DNA of 64,000 nt. Source: Eledone cirrhosa. Its lineage: Eukaryota. The notes beneath the pieces were generated by a model that was not told the DNA's origin, made no database searches, and saw nothing but the letters and a program-made list of their open reading frames with translations. Positions 26,281 through 39,727 of the stretch are shown here, in pieces (position 1 is the stretch's first letter; every line of letters starts with the position of its first letter). The DNA is taken from the NCBI GenBank assembly GCA_964016885.1, contig OZ024746.1, positions 12,648,001-12,712,000 on the forward strand, written 5' to 3'. Position numbers and translations under genes: made by a program.

Positions 26281-26330
26281 AACATAGCCATTGGTTTTCT
26301 GTAGCTCAATCTTTCCAGTGTGGACTGAAC
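26281..26330 (-). CDS. RREB1: RREB1/hindsight-like gene, most 5' coding exon found (50 nt, x-SVHTGKIELQKTNGYV)
   Basis: Strong polypyrimidine acceptor (ttttctttctttctag|G) and donor (GTT|gtaagt). Open frame starts in phase 1 and ends in phase 0, matching the next exon. No conserved motif in the peptide, and it could be partly 5' UTR. Confidence 0.6.
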
Positions 26331-26530
26331 CTAGAAAGAAAGAAAAGGACCAGTTATTAACATAAAAGTTGACTGTATTCTATATTATAGAAAGTAATAG
26401 AAAGGATAAGGATTCCTGGTTTTCACTCAAGCTATCAGGCTTGACTCCTAGCGTGGGAACAAAGTTTTCAAGGTAAAATGAGTGTCAGGTTAACGTGATG
26501 AATTAGTTGTTATCATGTTATATGTTCGTG

Positions 26531-26675
26531 AAGGCGCATGGCTTAGTGGTTAGAGCATTGGGCTTGCAATCGAAAGGTTGTGAGTTCAATTCTCGGACCG
26601 ATGATGTGTTGTTTCCTTGAACAAGACACTTTATTTCATGTTGCTCCAGTTTACTCAGCTGTAGAAATGAGATGA
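26531..26675 (+). mobile_element. Second tRNA-derived SINE family (CORE-like central segment)
   Basis: A box TGGCTTAGTGG, B box GAGTTCAATTC, then TCCTTGAACAAGACACTTTATTTC. Relatives at about 6210-6400 (-), 14140-14310 and 46310-46430. Confidence 0.7.
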
Positions 26676-26768
26676 TAGGACTGGGGTCCCTATCATTAAA
26701 TTACCCAAGACACCTCCAACGAGATATACCTTGGAGGAGGCCAGCTAAACCTGCATAGGTGTGAGCTG

Positions 26769-26816
<48 letters not shown>

Positions 26817-26894
26817 GATATGTTCAAATTTTGCCATAGCAGTTCTGTTGAATAACCTAAGGCACATGGTTAAGGGTAGTGAAAGTATATAGTG

Positions 26895-27206
26895 GTGCTG
26901 GTTATGTGGTGGTTGTGGTGGTTGTAATGGTGGTGGTGGTGGTTGTGGTGGTGGTGGTTGTGGTGGTTGTGGTGGTGATGGTTATGTGGAGGTTGTGGTG
27001 ATGGTTATGTGGTGGTTGTGGTGGTTGTAATGGTGGTGGTTGTGGTGGTGGTGGTTGTGGTGGTGATGGTTATGTGGTGGTGGTGGTGTTTGTAATGGTA
27101 GTGGTGGTAGTCGTGGTAGTCGTGGTGGTGGTGGTGGTGGTGGTGGTAGTGGTGGTAGCGGTGGTAGTGGTGGTGGTGGTGGTGGTGCTGGTGGTGCTGG
27201 TGCTGG
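26895..27206. repeat. (GGT)n-derived microsatellite
   Basis: Seen directly. Confidence 0.9.
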
Positions 27207-27277
27207 GCACTCATACACCAGAGGAATTGAAAGACATCATGCATAGCAAGGATGAGTAACCTCCCTTTTAATGTTTA

Positions 27278-27571
27278 TCTATATATCTAAAACAGAGAAT
27301 GTCTGTCTGTCTGACTCCCTAAAACTCGAGAACCACCCAACCGACTGTTTTCAAACTTTACACATGTAATACTTATGGTCCTGTGAGTGTTGTGAGCTAA
27401 AATAATTTCAAAATTTCAATGCCCTAGGTACCGTATTAGGCGATTTAGCGATCTCTCTCTATAATTCTTAGTCTTTCTTTTTAGATAGATACATCGATAT
27501 AACGTTGCGCCCTTATAATATCTGTCTGTATGTCTGGCTGTCTGCATTACGACATTATGACGCTGTATGTA

Positions 27572-27605
<34 letters not shown>

Positions 27606-27891
27606 GTGTGTAACGTTTTTCGAAATATTTACTTCTGCGTTCACAGATTGATTTTTTTTAGTTTCAGAAGATCCCGTTAAGGGTGAAAGCAGCGATTCTT
27701 TGCTTAAACTTTAATCTGTTATTTTAATATATATATATATATATAATTATATATTCGTGTACAGATATATTTGCATACACAATAATAAAATATAAACAAA
27801 TGTATTTATTTCACGAGGCTCGATAAGGATAAATATATATCAAATAAGAACCCTAGAGCAAATCCTGAGCAACGCCGGGCTATTCTGCTAG
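27278..27891 (+). mobile_element. Non-autonomous Helitron
   Basis: 5' TC after A, (TCTG)n near the 5' end, 3' GC-rich hairpin CCTGAGCAACGCCGGG then CTAG followed by T, no TSD. Shares both ends with 38387-38986. Confidence 0.78.
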
Positions 27892-28433
27892 TTATTTATA
27901 AAATCATCAACACAACCGGCTTACATAATACATCCAACTTAGATGTCTACAATAAAGTTGAATATATATCGCAGCCAAAATCAACTTTGTACTTTATATA
28001 CTTTTGAAATTTATTCTAATATATTCAAATTTTATCATGGAACAGTGATGTTGTTTGCTTATAAGTAAAGTGTACAATAGTACGGTAGTACAAAACATTT
28101 ATTTCCACTGGAACAAAGCCACAATTATGTAGGGGACTAGTCTATGGAATCAACTTTAATATATGACTTGAAAGACAAAGGCTGGTGCTGGCACTGTACC
28201 ACCTTTAAGTACAGTATATGGATATATGCATATGTGTTTGTGTGTGTTAAATATAGTCACCTTCTAACACTGAAGTTCAGCCCTTACACTCAGTCAAAAT
28301 AAATCTTTATTATTACATCAATCATACACTTAATATGACTTAACCATTTCAAGTCCACCCAGCAGCTGGATTGCTAGCACCAATTGTAATGTCTACTTTA
28401 CATATATAACTGTGTTTGTCTTGTCTATTCTTG

Positions 28434-28478
<45 letters not shown>

Positions 28479-28489
28479 AATGAAATTAT

Positions 28490-28514
28490 TGTGTACAGTG
28501 CTGAGGTGCACTAC

Positions 28515-28550
<36 letters not shown>

Positions 28551-28570
28551 GTAGTGCACCTCAGCACTGT

Positions 28571-28575
<5 letters not shown>
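28490..28575. repeat. Perfect palindrome: 28-bp CR1 3'-end arms around (TA)15
   Basis: TGTGTACAGTGCTGAGGTGCACTACAAC-(TA)n-GTTGTAGTGCACCTCAGCACTGTACACA. Confidence 0.92.
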
Positions 28576-28638
<63 letters not shown>

Positions 28639-28779
28639 ATATAGCAATGAATTAAAAGCAGACACATTTGCTGCAGACAAAAGTTTTGACACTTCACTAG
28701 AATAATTTTAAATAATAATAGAAAAGTCGGTTCATCATCATCATCATCGTCTTCATCTATATTACGTCCGTTTCTACCT

Positions 28780-28915
28780 ACACATGTATATCATGACTCA
28801 TACACTATTCACTTCCCTGACATTTGTACACTATTCTATGTACTATACATGCACCTTTGATGAGTTGTAGTGCACCTGAGCACTGTACACAATAATTTCA
28901 TTATTATTATATTAC
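28780..28915 (+). mobile_element. CR1-like LINE 3' UTR fragment with (ATT)n tail
   Basis: Matches the reverse complement of 29083-29175. Confidence 0.7.
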
Positions 28916-29082
28916 TGTTATGTAAAAACAAAAACAAGTCTGCAAAACAACTTCTTAACATCCTTTTCTACTCTGAATTACTTGGATTCAATAATTCTGA
29001 ATAAATCAACATTCCTCGATCAACTGAGGTTTATCAGCATCTTTTTAAAGCAACTTGCATAAGATATATTGAATTCATGTGA

Positions 29083-29430
29083 TTATAATAATAATAACAA
29101 TGAAAATGATTGTGTACAGTGCTCAGGTGCACTACAACTCACCAAAGGTGCATGTATAGTACATAGAATAATGTACAATGAGTTATGATATACACATAGA
29201 CATACACACACCTCTGTGTGTGTATGTATGGAGGGGGAATATCGGGTGTACTGTTGGCGAATTTCGGGAAGCAGGGAAGTTTCGAAGGATGCAGTGTTCC
29301 GACAGCTAACAACTGATGCAGGTAGTTTGTTCCATGCTTCAGCAACTCTGAGCATGAAAAAATGTTTCCGAAAGTCATGGGAGCTGTGCTGTTTTCTGAT
29401 ATTGTAAGCATGCCCACGGGTGTTAGACAC
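29083..29430 (-). mobile_element. CR1-clade LINE 3' end
   Basis: Encodes TRGHAYNIRKQ...RKHFFMLRVAEAWNKLPASVV, the typical CR1 ORF2 C-terminus, then a 3' UTR and (TTA)n tail. Confidence 0.85.
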
Positions 29431-30302
29431 ATGGAATTCATTATATTATTATAAGCCCAGGCAAGGCCAGGTATGGCTACTAGTCCCTATGAGTGTATAT
29501 AGCTGAGTTGGCAGAGTATCAAGCAAACATCTGAGAAGTGAGAGGTTCATTACTTAACAGCAACATTACAATTGTGTCAATAGCCAAGATAATTAATCCT
29601 CAAATCACCCAGTCCCAGCTAACTGGAAATAGGTTCTTTAATACTGGTGCAACCCACCACTAGAAATAGCAGCAACAACACTGCAAATTGATGAGTCTTT
29701 GTTAGCTTGCAATGCTGTGGAGTTCAGTTGTTCATCATCATCATCATCATCATCATTGCCATCATATCATCACCATTATCATCATCGTTTCGCCATACTG
29801 CCTGGGTTATTACAGACTAAGTTAGTATTTAATTAGAACTGTTGTAATCTTTGACAGACCAGTGGGGGTGGGGAGATGGGAGGTGTTCCAGTTTTGGTAT
29901 CAATTCTACACCTGAATGCCATTCTGTCAACCACTTTCCAGAATGTACTGGATTCATTTTATCATGGCACCAGCACTAGAAAGATGGTCATGTCCCTTAT
30001 ATCGACATGTGTGTGTGTCTTTATCATCATCATCTACATCATTTAATATCTATTTTCCAAGCTTGCATGGGTTAGATGGGTTGTCAAATTCTGAGTCTAG
30101 ACTGGTCAGGTGACCATGTCTTATTCATACATTGTTTCTGGCTTTGAATTCTATGGCAGGATGACCTTCCTAAGGTCAACCACTTTGAAGCACTACCACC
30201 TTATATGTACATTACCCGAAACAAGGCAAGATTTTAACATATACTACATAGAAAAACAACCTAACAGACCAACACTTATGGAACCCATGACAGACATATA
30301 TA

Positions 30303-30403
30303 CAGGGTGTCCCCCAAAAATGTATACACACTTTGGTTACATGTACAGGCAATATTTATTAGAATGATGTTGAAGAGTGTATACATTTTTGAGGAACACC
30401 GAG
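30303..30403. mobile_element. Tc1/mariner-type MITE
   Basis: TA|CAGGGTGTCCCCCAAAAATGTATACAC ... GTGTATACATTTTTGAGGAACACCGAG|TA: imperfect TIRs and TA TSD. Confidence 0.7.
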
Positions 30404-30792
30404 TATATTATCTTATTCTTTTAGTTGTTTGAATCATTAACATTGTGGCCATGATGAGCGAATGACCTCTAGGGTACACTGGACTTGTTTTATCAATAGA
30501 CCTGGACTGGATTTGAACTCAGAATATAGAGGGATGTAACCTAATGCCACAAAAGAAAATCTCTAACTGATACAGCATTGTCATAATATAGGTTATTATA
30601 TAGGTTTATTTTTTACTTCTTGTTTTGCTGTTTTTGTTTTGTTTTGTTTTGTTTGTTTTTACCCCAGTCAGCTCCATCCCATCCCACCCCACCCCACCCC
30701 ACCCTGAATATAATCTATAAGGAGGAGGGGGTGACGGGGAGGTGGAGTGATGAAAGAAGAAGAAGAAGAAGAAGAAGAAGAAGAAGAAGAAG

Positions 30793-30848
<56 letters not shown>

Positions 30849-31092
30849 AAGCAGAAATAAAAGGAGACAAACAAATGCAAAAGACACAATGTAAGTTGTT
30901 GAGACATAAGTGAAGTAAAGAGGATGACAGAAATGGTTTTGTGTTGTATATAATTACAGAGTGGCTGCTGCCAACAATGTCCAGTGTTGGGGGGGGGGGG
31001 GGGGGAGTCACTGACTTGACTTAGTTTGGATCAATCTAATTAATTACACTGATAACTTTTCTGTTGGAGTCAATTAAGGAGAAAATACAGCG

Positions 31093-31385
31093 CATTACTG
31101 TTGTATTTATATACAGGACACAACACAACACATTACTGTTGTATTTATATACAGGACACAACACAACACATTACTGTTGTATTTATATACAGGACACAAC
31201 ACAACACATTACTGTTGTATTTATATACAGGACACAACACAACACATTACTGTTGTATTTATATACAGGACACAACACAACACATTACTGTTGTATTTAT
31301 ATACAGGACACAACACAACACATTACTGTTGTATTTATATACAGGACACAACACAACACATTACTGTTGTATTTATATATAGGAT
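31093..31385. repeat. 38-bp minisatellite CATTACTGTTGTATTTATATACAGGACACAACACAACA, about 7.5 copies
   Basis: Direct tandem repeat. Confidence 0.95.
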
Positions 31386-31399
31386 ATACAATATACATA

Positions 31400-33782
31400 C
31401 ACACACAACACATTACATAGGACACACAACACAATATACACACACAACACAACACAACAGATCACAATATACACAACACAACACAACAGACCACAATATA
31501 CACACACAACACAACACAACAGACCACAATATACACAACACAACACAACAGACCACAATATACACAACACAACACAACAGACCACAATATACACACACAA
31601 CAGACCACAATATACACACACAACACAACAGACCACAATATACACAACACAACACAACAGACCACAATATACACAACACAACAGACCACAATATACACAC
31701 ACAACACAACACAACAGACCACAATATACACACACAACACAACACAACACATCACAATATACACAACATAACACAACAGACCACAATATACACACACAAC
31801 ACAACACAACAGACCACAATATACACACACAACACAACACATCACAATATACACAACACAAAACAACAGACCACAATATACACACACAACACAACACAAC
31901 AGATCACAATATACACACACAACACAACACAACAGACCACAATATACACAACACAACACAACAGACCACAATATACACACACAACACAACACAACAGACC
32001 ACAATATACACACACAACACAACACAACACATCACAATATACACAACATAACACAACAGACCACAATATACACACACAACACAACACAACAGACCACAAT
32101 ATACACACACAACACAACACATCACAATATACACAACACAACACAACAGACCACAATATACACACACAACACAACACAACAGACCACAATATACACACAC
32201 AACACAACACAACAGACCACACTATACACAACACAACACAACAGACCACAATATACACACACAACACAACACAACAGACCACAATATACACACACAACAC
32301 AACAGACCACAATATACACACACAACACAACAGACCACAATATACACACACAACACAACACAACAGACCACAATATACACACACAACACAACAGACCACA
32401 ATATACACACACAACACAACACAACAGACCACAATATACACACACAACACAACAGACCACAATATACACACACAACACAACACAACAGACCACAATATAC
32501 ACACACAACACAACACAACAGACCACAATATACACACACAACACAACAGACCACAATATACACACACAACACAACACAACAGACCACAATATACACACAC
32601 AACACAACACAACAGACCACAATATACACACACAACACAACAGACCACAATATACACACACAACACAACACAACAGACCACAATATACACACACAACACA
32701 ACACAACAGACCACAATATACACACACAACACAACACAACAGATCACAATATACACACACAACACAACACAACAGACCACAATATACACACACAACACAA
32801 CACAACAGACCACAATATACACACACAACACAACACAACAGACCACAATATACACACACACAACACAACAGACCACAATATACACACACAACACAACACA
32901 ACAGACCACAATATACACACACAACACAACAGACCACAATATACACACACAACACAACAGACCACAATATACACACACAACACAACAGACCACAATATAC
33001 ACACACAACACAACACAACAGACCACAATATACACACACAACACAACACAACAGACCACAATATACACACACAACACAACAGACCACAATATACACACAC
33101 AACACAACACAACAGACCACAATATACACACACAACACAACACAACAGACCACAATATACACACACAACACAACAGACCACAATATACACACACAACACA
33201 ACACAACAGACCACAATATACACACACAACACAACACAACAGACCACAATATACACACACAACACAACAGACCACAATATACACACACAACACAACACAA
33301 CAGACCACAATATACACACACAACACAACACAACAGACCACAATATACACACACAACACAACACAACAGACCACAATATACACACACAACACAACACAAC
33401 AGACCACACTATACACAACACAACACAACAGACCACACTATACACAACACAACACAACACAACAGACCACACTATACACAACACAACACAACACAACAGA
33501 ACACAACAGACCACACTATACACAACACAACACAACAGACCACACTATACACAACACAACACAACACAACAGACCACACTATACACAACACAACACAACA
33601 CAACAGACCACACTATACACAACACAACACAACACAACAGACCACACTATACACAACACAACACAACAGACCACACTATACACAACACAACACAACACAA
33701 CAGACCACAATATACACACACAACACAACACAACAGACCACAATATACACACACAACACAACACAACAGACCACAATATACA
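31400..33782. repeat. Variable-unit (about 23-34 bp) minisatellite ACAGACCACAATATAC(AC)n(ACAAC)n
   Basis: Seen directly; the 904-aa and C/V-rich ORFs are repeat artefacts. Confidence 0.95.
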
Positions 33783-34631
33783 TTGGCAGAGTCATTATTC
33801 ATTCCAGTTGTCTTCTCTCAGAGGTCAAATCCCGCCAAGGTCAACTTTGCCTTTCATCCTTTCGAGGTCGATAAAAAAAGTACCAGTCTAGTACTGGGGT
33901 AGATTCTTCTTCTATATCTCTTTCTTATTTCCTTTATCTCATTCTTTATCATTCTCTGGAAAACAATCTGGAGAGGAGATGGGTTCCGCCAGGTTTAAAA
34001 ATGCCCTAGAAATGCTGTATGTCAACATGGCATCCCTATGACTCCATCAAGAGTTACGGGTCCATCTAGATTAAACAGTGTCTTAAAAATAATATGAAAT
34101 GTTATAATACCTTGAATACCTTTGTGTTCTCAGGTCAGTGTTGACCTGTGGTTGAACAATGGTAACAATAAAAAACACTACAACATAATGAAGAATCTGA
34201 CACGGTCGTTCAATTTGTTAGAAAGAACAGCCAAATTTCTCTCAAACCATACACTATCTTCTTATAAATGGACACACAGGATAATTTTGTTTGTGATACA
34301 TAATTCTAGAAGAAACGATGGTATAGTGGTGGGTGGAATGACCTGAGATGATAGATCTATTTTATCAGAGCTAACCTGGAGTTAACGTTTCAAACATGCC
34401 TCTCATTTGGTAATACAAAACTGTGTATTGTAAAATGTTTGTATTTATCTAAAAGCTTACCATCATAATTTTTTATGCAAGGAGCTTTGTTAAGTTATGT
34501 TCCAAACACCAACTTAATAATGAGAACATTAGTTATATTACTAAAAACCGGCAAGTGTTTGATTATTGTCAAAATTATTTGAAAGACATAGGTAGTGTAT
34601 TTCATTGTAAATATGGTAATGAAAGGGTTAA

Positions 34632-34852
34632 CCCTTTAGCATTTACATAAGTCTATATTTACAATTGTATTTACATGGTAAAGGCTTTACCTCAATAATA
34701 ATCTCAACATAATAGCGAATCTATGAGATTTTGGTATTATTTATTTTGAGAAGAATACCTTAACATAAGTATGAGTGGCCAGTTACAGCTGGTTTGAACA
34801 GAAAGAGGTGAGAGAATTCTGGCTGGATATGGCCAGTTTAAATGCTAAAGGG
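34632..34852. mobile_element. TTAA-flanked (piggyBac-type) MITE
   Basis: TTAA|CCCTTTAGCATTTA ... TAAATGCTAAAGGG|TTAA: perfect 14-bp TIR. Confidence 0.85.
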
Positions 34853-35121
34853 TTAAACAACAACACAAAACAAAACTCTAGAGTAAAATATTGCACAACA
34901 CTATAAAAAACATTAAGTGGTAATGTAAGCTAAATATTTGACAGTGCATCACTCGCAAGGTATGGGCGGGGTAGATACACACATTAGCTGAGTGAAGCTG
35001 TATTTCTACATGCTGCAGCAACAGTAGCAGTTGTAGTAGTAACGGTAGTTGTAGGTCACAGCTGCAGACAATAGTTGCAAGTTTGCCCAGCAACCAACCA
35101 ACCTGTTGATTTCAGGGAATG

Positions 35122-35175
<54 letters not shown>

Positions 35176-35529
35176 ATATATGTATATATGGTGTGTGTGT
35201 ATAGGAAAACCTGACTGGGAATGCAGAATGGTAAAGAAAACCTGGAGGGGGGGGGGGGGGCAGGAGTTAACTTGACATGACAATAGATTTTTTAGGGAAA
35301 GGTTTATTTGAAGGAGGAGTTTAAGATAATGCACCACCACTCTGTCCTAGCCAAAAACAATGACCTTGGTAGTGGGTAACTATCTTTGTGGGAGAATGAT
35401 TTAAGGAGCTATCTTACAGGGTTCCCCTCTAAGAAAACATCTGATGTCCCACTACCATACCTCTTCCTCAACAGACATGATTACTGCCACATCCCAGGAA
35501 GTAAATATATATGTGAGCGTTTATGTATG

Positions 35530-35605
<76 letters not shown>

Positions 35606-35666
35606 CTTGAAACTAATAAAACTAATAAAACTGTGTTTTTGCATGTGTTTGTCTTGTCTATTCTTG

Positions 35667-35701
<35 letters not shown>

Positions 35702-35952
35702 CAAATGGAAGTACAGCATAATCGAAGCTCTGGCTGCAGCTAAGCTAACGAATGCAATCGGAATGTACAGCTAAGCACTCAATAAGGTATTTTACCTTAG
35801 AGTTATAACATTACGTTTAGACAGCTTTGCAAATTGAAGTCAGCGACCGGTAAGCCATGAGAAAACTGGTCCAGGAAAATATGACAAAATATATATATAT
35901 ATATATATATACGATATTAAACAAATGGAAACTATATTTATAAAACCATATT

Positions 35953-36018
35953 TATTTCATTATACATATTTCGGGGATACCATATTAAAAATATGGCATG
36001 CCTTCTTCAGATAAAATA
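35953..36018 (-). ncRNA. Type I hammerhead ribozyme (AT-rich family, copy 1)
   Basis: Minus strand reads TATTTTAT CTGAAGA AGG-C-ATGCCATAT TTTTA ATATGGTAT-C-CCC GAAA TATGTA TA ATGAAATA. Confidence 0.75.
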
Positions 36019-36379
36019 CAATATATAAACAGTTTTATAAATAATTTTGACGAGTGCTTTATATCAGTTATAAAATATTTACTTGTTGTAACCCAACAAT
36101 TTTAAATAAAACTTTTGCATATATATATATATATATATAAATATAATTAACTCTACAGAAAGTGTTTCTAGTAAAAAACTTGATCCCTTTACTCTTATGT
36201 CATACCAAGAATTGTTTTTCTTCTGAAAAAGACATACCGCCTTCTTCCCTTCTTTCGAAATGTCTTTAATAGAAGACTGATCTCAGAAAATTGTTATAGT
36301 ATGTTTTAGGTTTCTATATAGTCACTACCACACACAGACACCCGCTTCACCCTCTTTCTCTTGATCCAGCAGAACATCT

Positions 36380-36780
36380 AGAATATGGCTACTGGCAGGA
36401 GATGGGGTGCTGTTCTTGGTATTTGGGCCATACTTATTACTCTCAACCATATTTCAGCAAGTCTAGTGGAGGGCAATACCTCCGATCTCTACCCCTGCTT
36501 TCCTCTACATGTGAAAATTAATGAAGTTGATGAGAGCTTGGCCAAAAAGGAAAGAAATTATCCTCATCCATCTCTATCTTATTACTCTTTCACTTCAGCC
36601 ACCAAACAGAGGAAAACTGTCTGCCATTCCTGGTCAAAGGATCATGACAAACTATACCTTATGATGAATTTGGCTGACAACTGGATTCTGTCTACAGTAG
36701 TAATAGCTATTCAGCACAACTCCACATTTCGGCAATATTTGGACACAGCAAACAATTTTGTCCAACATTCCTTCAAATAA
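36380..36780 (-). mobile_element. Degenerate L1/Tx1-clade LINE 3' fragment
   Basis: Minus strand encodes CPNIAEMWSCAE*LL...GQALINFINFHM*RKAGVE..VLPSTRLAEIWLRV, which aligns by eye to 3461-3690. Confidence 0.55.
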
Positions 36781-36817
36781 TTATACAGACATTGCTTCTT
36801 AGCCATAAAAAAATTAA

Positions 36818-36979
36818 CCCTTTAGCATTTACACTACTCTCAATTTATCTCATAATTATCTCACATAATATTTTGAGAACAATACCTTAACATAAGTATG
36901 AGCAGCCGATTATGGCCGGTTTGAACAAAAAGAGATGAGAGAATTCTGGCCAGATACGGCCGATTTAAATGGCAATGGG
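36818..36979. mobile_element. TTAA MITE, same family as 34632-34852 (internally deleted)
   Basis: TTAA|CCCTTTAGCATTTA...TAAATGGCAATGGG|TTAA with shared internal sequence. Confidence 0.8.
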
Positions 36980-37516
36980 TTAAGCAAAATTAGATAAACT
37001 ACCGGCATTCCAAATAGCACAAACTTTATATTAAAATATTAGCACCAAATCAACATTCCAAGAGTCTTCAACGATGAAAAACGATAAATTCCAAAAAAAA
37101 AGAGGGACAATAGGTAAGTGTGAACAAGATGCTGGAAATTTTATCAGATTTATTGTGAGTTCAACACTTTTAGCAGGCACTCTGTTGCAAGGCAAGGTAG
37201 GTTACTCTGTTAACCTCAATTTGTTTCACTGAGGATATATGCCACTCCCATCTAAAGGTTAGACGTTAGGAATTCAAATGCACATTTCAGTCAATTAAAT
37301 TTCAGCTCAACAATTCATAGACACACATCTTATATCCACCATGACACAAAAATATAAAATGATATAAAAGAATACAGAAATAACTATTATGCAATTTTTT
37401 TTTTATTTAAATACAATATTCACATTACACACACATGTGCACGCGCTCTCTCTCTCTCTCACACATGCACTCTCTCTCTCACAGTCACACTCACACACAC
37501 TCTCTTTCTCTCTCAT

Positions 37517-37547
<31 letters not shown>

Positions 37548-37943
37548 AAAGGTAAACAGCCTGTTCAGTGATGAAAGACCACGGGATTAGGTAACTAATG
37601 TATTTCACCATTAGATGGTTGTTCAACTGTCATATTCTATTATCAAAGTTTTTTCATTACACACCTGTAACCTTCTCAATGATTATTCTTGCTCCTCCGT
37701 ATCACCTCTTCATTTTAATTTGATTTTATTTACTCTAGTTTGTTTTTCTGTGGAGTGTTTTTATTTTAGCAGCATGGCCTCCCAAAGTATAACAACATGT
37801 GTTTCACAATTTCACATCAAAACTCTTGTAAAACAAATACAAAAACAAGCTAAAATCGTATGTTTATCAAAAAGATAAAATAGTATGCCTCACATTACAT
37901 TTCAACATAGGTCTATATGTATGTATGTATATATATATATATA

Positions 37944-38165
37944 TGGATGACCGCTGGGTAAAGAAGTGCCAAAAAATGTCAGTTGAAGGAAGACACAGTA
38001 GAGGAAGACCATGAAAAACGTGGGTGGAGGTGGTGAGAGCAGACCTCAGATCGCTGAAGCTCACGGTGGAGATGACGAAGGACCGTGTTAAGTGGAGAGA
38101 TGCTGTGCTGAATAGGACCCGTCCAACCCTTGCATGCAGGTAAAATGCGGATGATGATGATGATA
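37944..38165 (+). mobile_element. RTE-clade LINE 3' fragment
   Basis: Encodes WVKKCQKMSVEGRHSRGRP*KTWVEVVRADLRSLKLTVEMTKDRVKWRDAV and ends in a (GAT)n tail. Confidence 0.78.
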
Positions 38166-38386
38166 TCTGACCTGGTATTTCTCACAATAGAACAACTCGT
38201 CTAACCCATACTAGCATGGAGAAATGGACGTTAAACAGTAATTATGATGATTTCTCCCGAATGAAACAGTTCTAGTCCTGTAGAAGCCATTTCTATATTA
38301 AATATGTATACTCTGCTTTGTATTGAGTACCTTACTTACTGTGGTTACCCCCGATTGAACCCGGGATAAACTTATGTATATATATA

Positions 38387-38986
38387 TCTATATATATAAA
38401 ACTGAGGATGTCTGTCTGTGTGTGTGTGTGAGTTTGAATCACTAAAACTCGAGAAGTACCCAACCGATTTTTTTCAAACTTTACATGTGTATTACTTATG
38501 TATCAGGGAGTGTTATGCACATAAAAAATTCCACTTGTTGATCTGCTAGGGCCCGCATTAGGTGAAAAACTGCGTTTTAAGGGTCTTTTGGGGCATTACG
38601 TCAGACCGATTTCCTTGAAATTGTAACAATGTATTAGTCAGTCTCTTCTTCATACTGTTAGCAAAGAATCCAATTTTTGTATGGCCTAGGGCCCGCATTA
38701 GGTGAAAAACTTCATTTTTTTCAGCTTTTTAGGGCTCTTTTGAGGTGTTACATCTAGCCGATTTTCCCGAAATTTCAAGGTATATTATGCACATAAAAAA
38801 AAATTCATTTTCTTGACCTAGGTGAAAACCTCATTGAGGAAAATCTTAAAGATTATCCAGCCATCAGAGTATTCAGTTTATTTTCTTTACATATTGTTCA
38901 GGCATACAGTTTTTCCACGATTAGGTCTGTTGGCGGCCCACGTTCAAAAATACCTTATCCCGTGCAACGCTGGGTACCACTGCTAG
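38387..38986 (+). mobile_element. Non-autonomous Helitron
   Basis: 5' TCTATATATATAAAACTGAGGATGTCTGTCTG; 3' CCCGTGCAACGCTGGG..CTAG; internal duplicated CTAGGGCCCGCATTAGGTGAAAAAC. Confidence 0.75.
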
Positions 38987-39000
38987 CATATATATATACA

Positions 39001-39191
39001 AATAATTGTTTCTACGTTAGGCACAAGGCCAGCAATTACCCAGTGTATTACTGGTACTTTATTTTATCGACCCCCGTAAGGATGAAAGGCAAAGTTAGCC
39101 TCGGCGGGATTTGAACTCAGAATGGCAAGGGCTGTAACTCTATGCGTCAGAGCATGGCGTTTGACCCTCTACCAATACTGCCAATCCACCG

Positions 39192-39193
<2 letters not shown>
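39001..39193 (-). mobile_element. tRNA-derived SINE, full length
   Basis: Minus strand starts GGCGGTGGATTGGCAGTATTGG, with B box, core and tail. Confidence 0.85.
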
Positions 39194-39239
<46 letters not shown>

Positions 39240-39322
39240 ATAATGAATCAAAACATATCAAATATGTTTAGAATTTTGTGTTTCTCAATAAGCGGGCGCA
39301 ATAGTCTTTATCTAGAGCCATA

Positions 39323-39546
39323 ATAACCAAATAAAGAGATATACAGAGAGAGAGAGTCATATATCTCACAAGAAGCACAGTATATTGTATATATACCAAA
39401 TAATATTCTATAGAAGAATATGTATCCACCTGTGTACACATTCTTCTATAGAATATTATTTGGTATATATACAATATACTGTGCTTCTTGTGAGATATAT
39501 GACTCTTTCTCTCTCTGTATATACGTATATCTCTTTATTTGGTTAT
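39323..39546. repeat. Long inverted repeat, about 100-bp arms, about 20-nt imperfect loop
   Basis: About 39353-39419 is the reverse complement of about 39440-39506; the outer arms have small indels. Confidence 0.92.
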
Positions 39547-39727
39547 ATATACATACATATATATATATCGTTTAACGTCTATCTTCCACCCCAGTATGGG
39601 TTAATACATTATTAATAGTGACTGTTTACTTTGAAGTTTTGACAATACTATGTGAAACCCTCATTTTTAAAAATCGGTAACAGTTAGACATTGCACCTGA
39701 CATCATTTCTATAACACTATCACTATC

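Noticed and set aside
26452-26459. Su(H)/CSL site CGTGGGAA (also at 42793), of interest because Drosophila hindsight is a Notch target
   Set aside because: Two isolated 8-mers in 64 kb with no paired-site architecture are not distinguishable from chance without conservation data.
31177-33891. 904-aa ORF and overlapping Cys/Val-rich ORFs
   Set aside because: Translations of a stop-poor minisatellite, open in many frames on both strands, with no splice or domain support.
36385-36780. 131-aa plus-strand ORF with signal-peptide-like start and a VDES motif suggestive of a transposase
   Set aside because: The opposite strand aligns to the L1/Tx1 ORF2 C-terminus seen at 3461-3690, so this is an antisense shadow ORF.
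37561-37600. GTGATGAAAGACC and other partial CTGANGA matches (for example 16950, 25651, 50987)
   Set aside because: No matching GAAA, stem II and stem I arrangement, so not called hammerheads.
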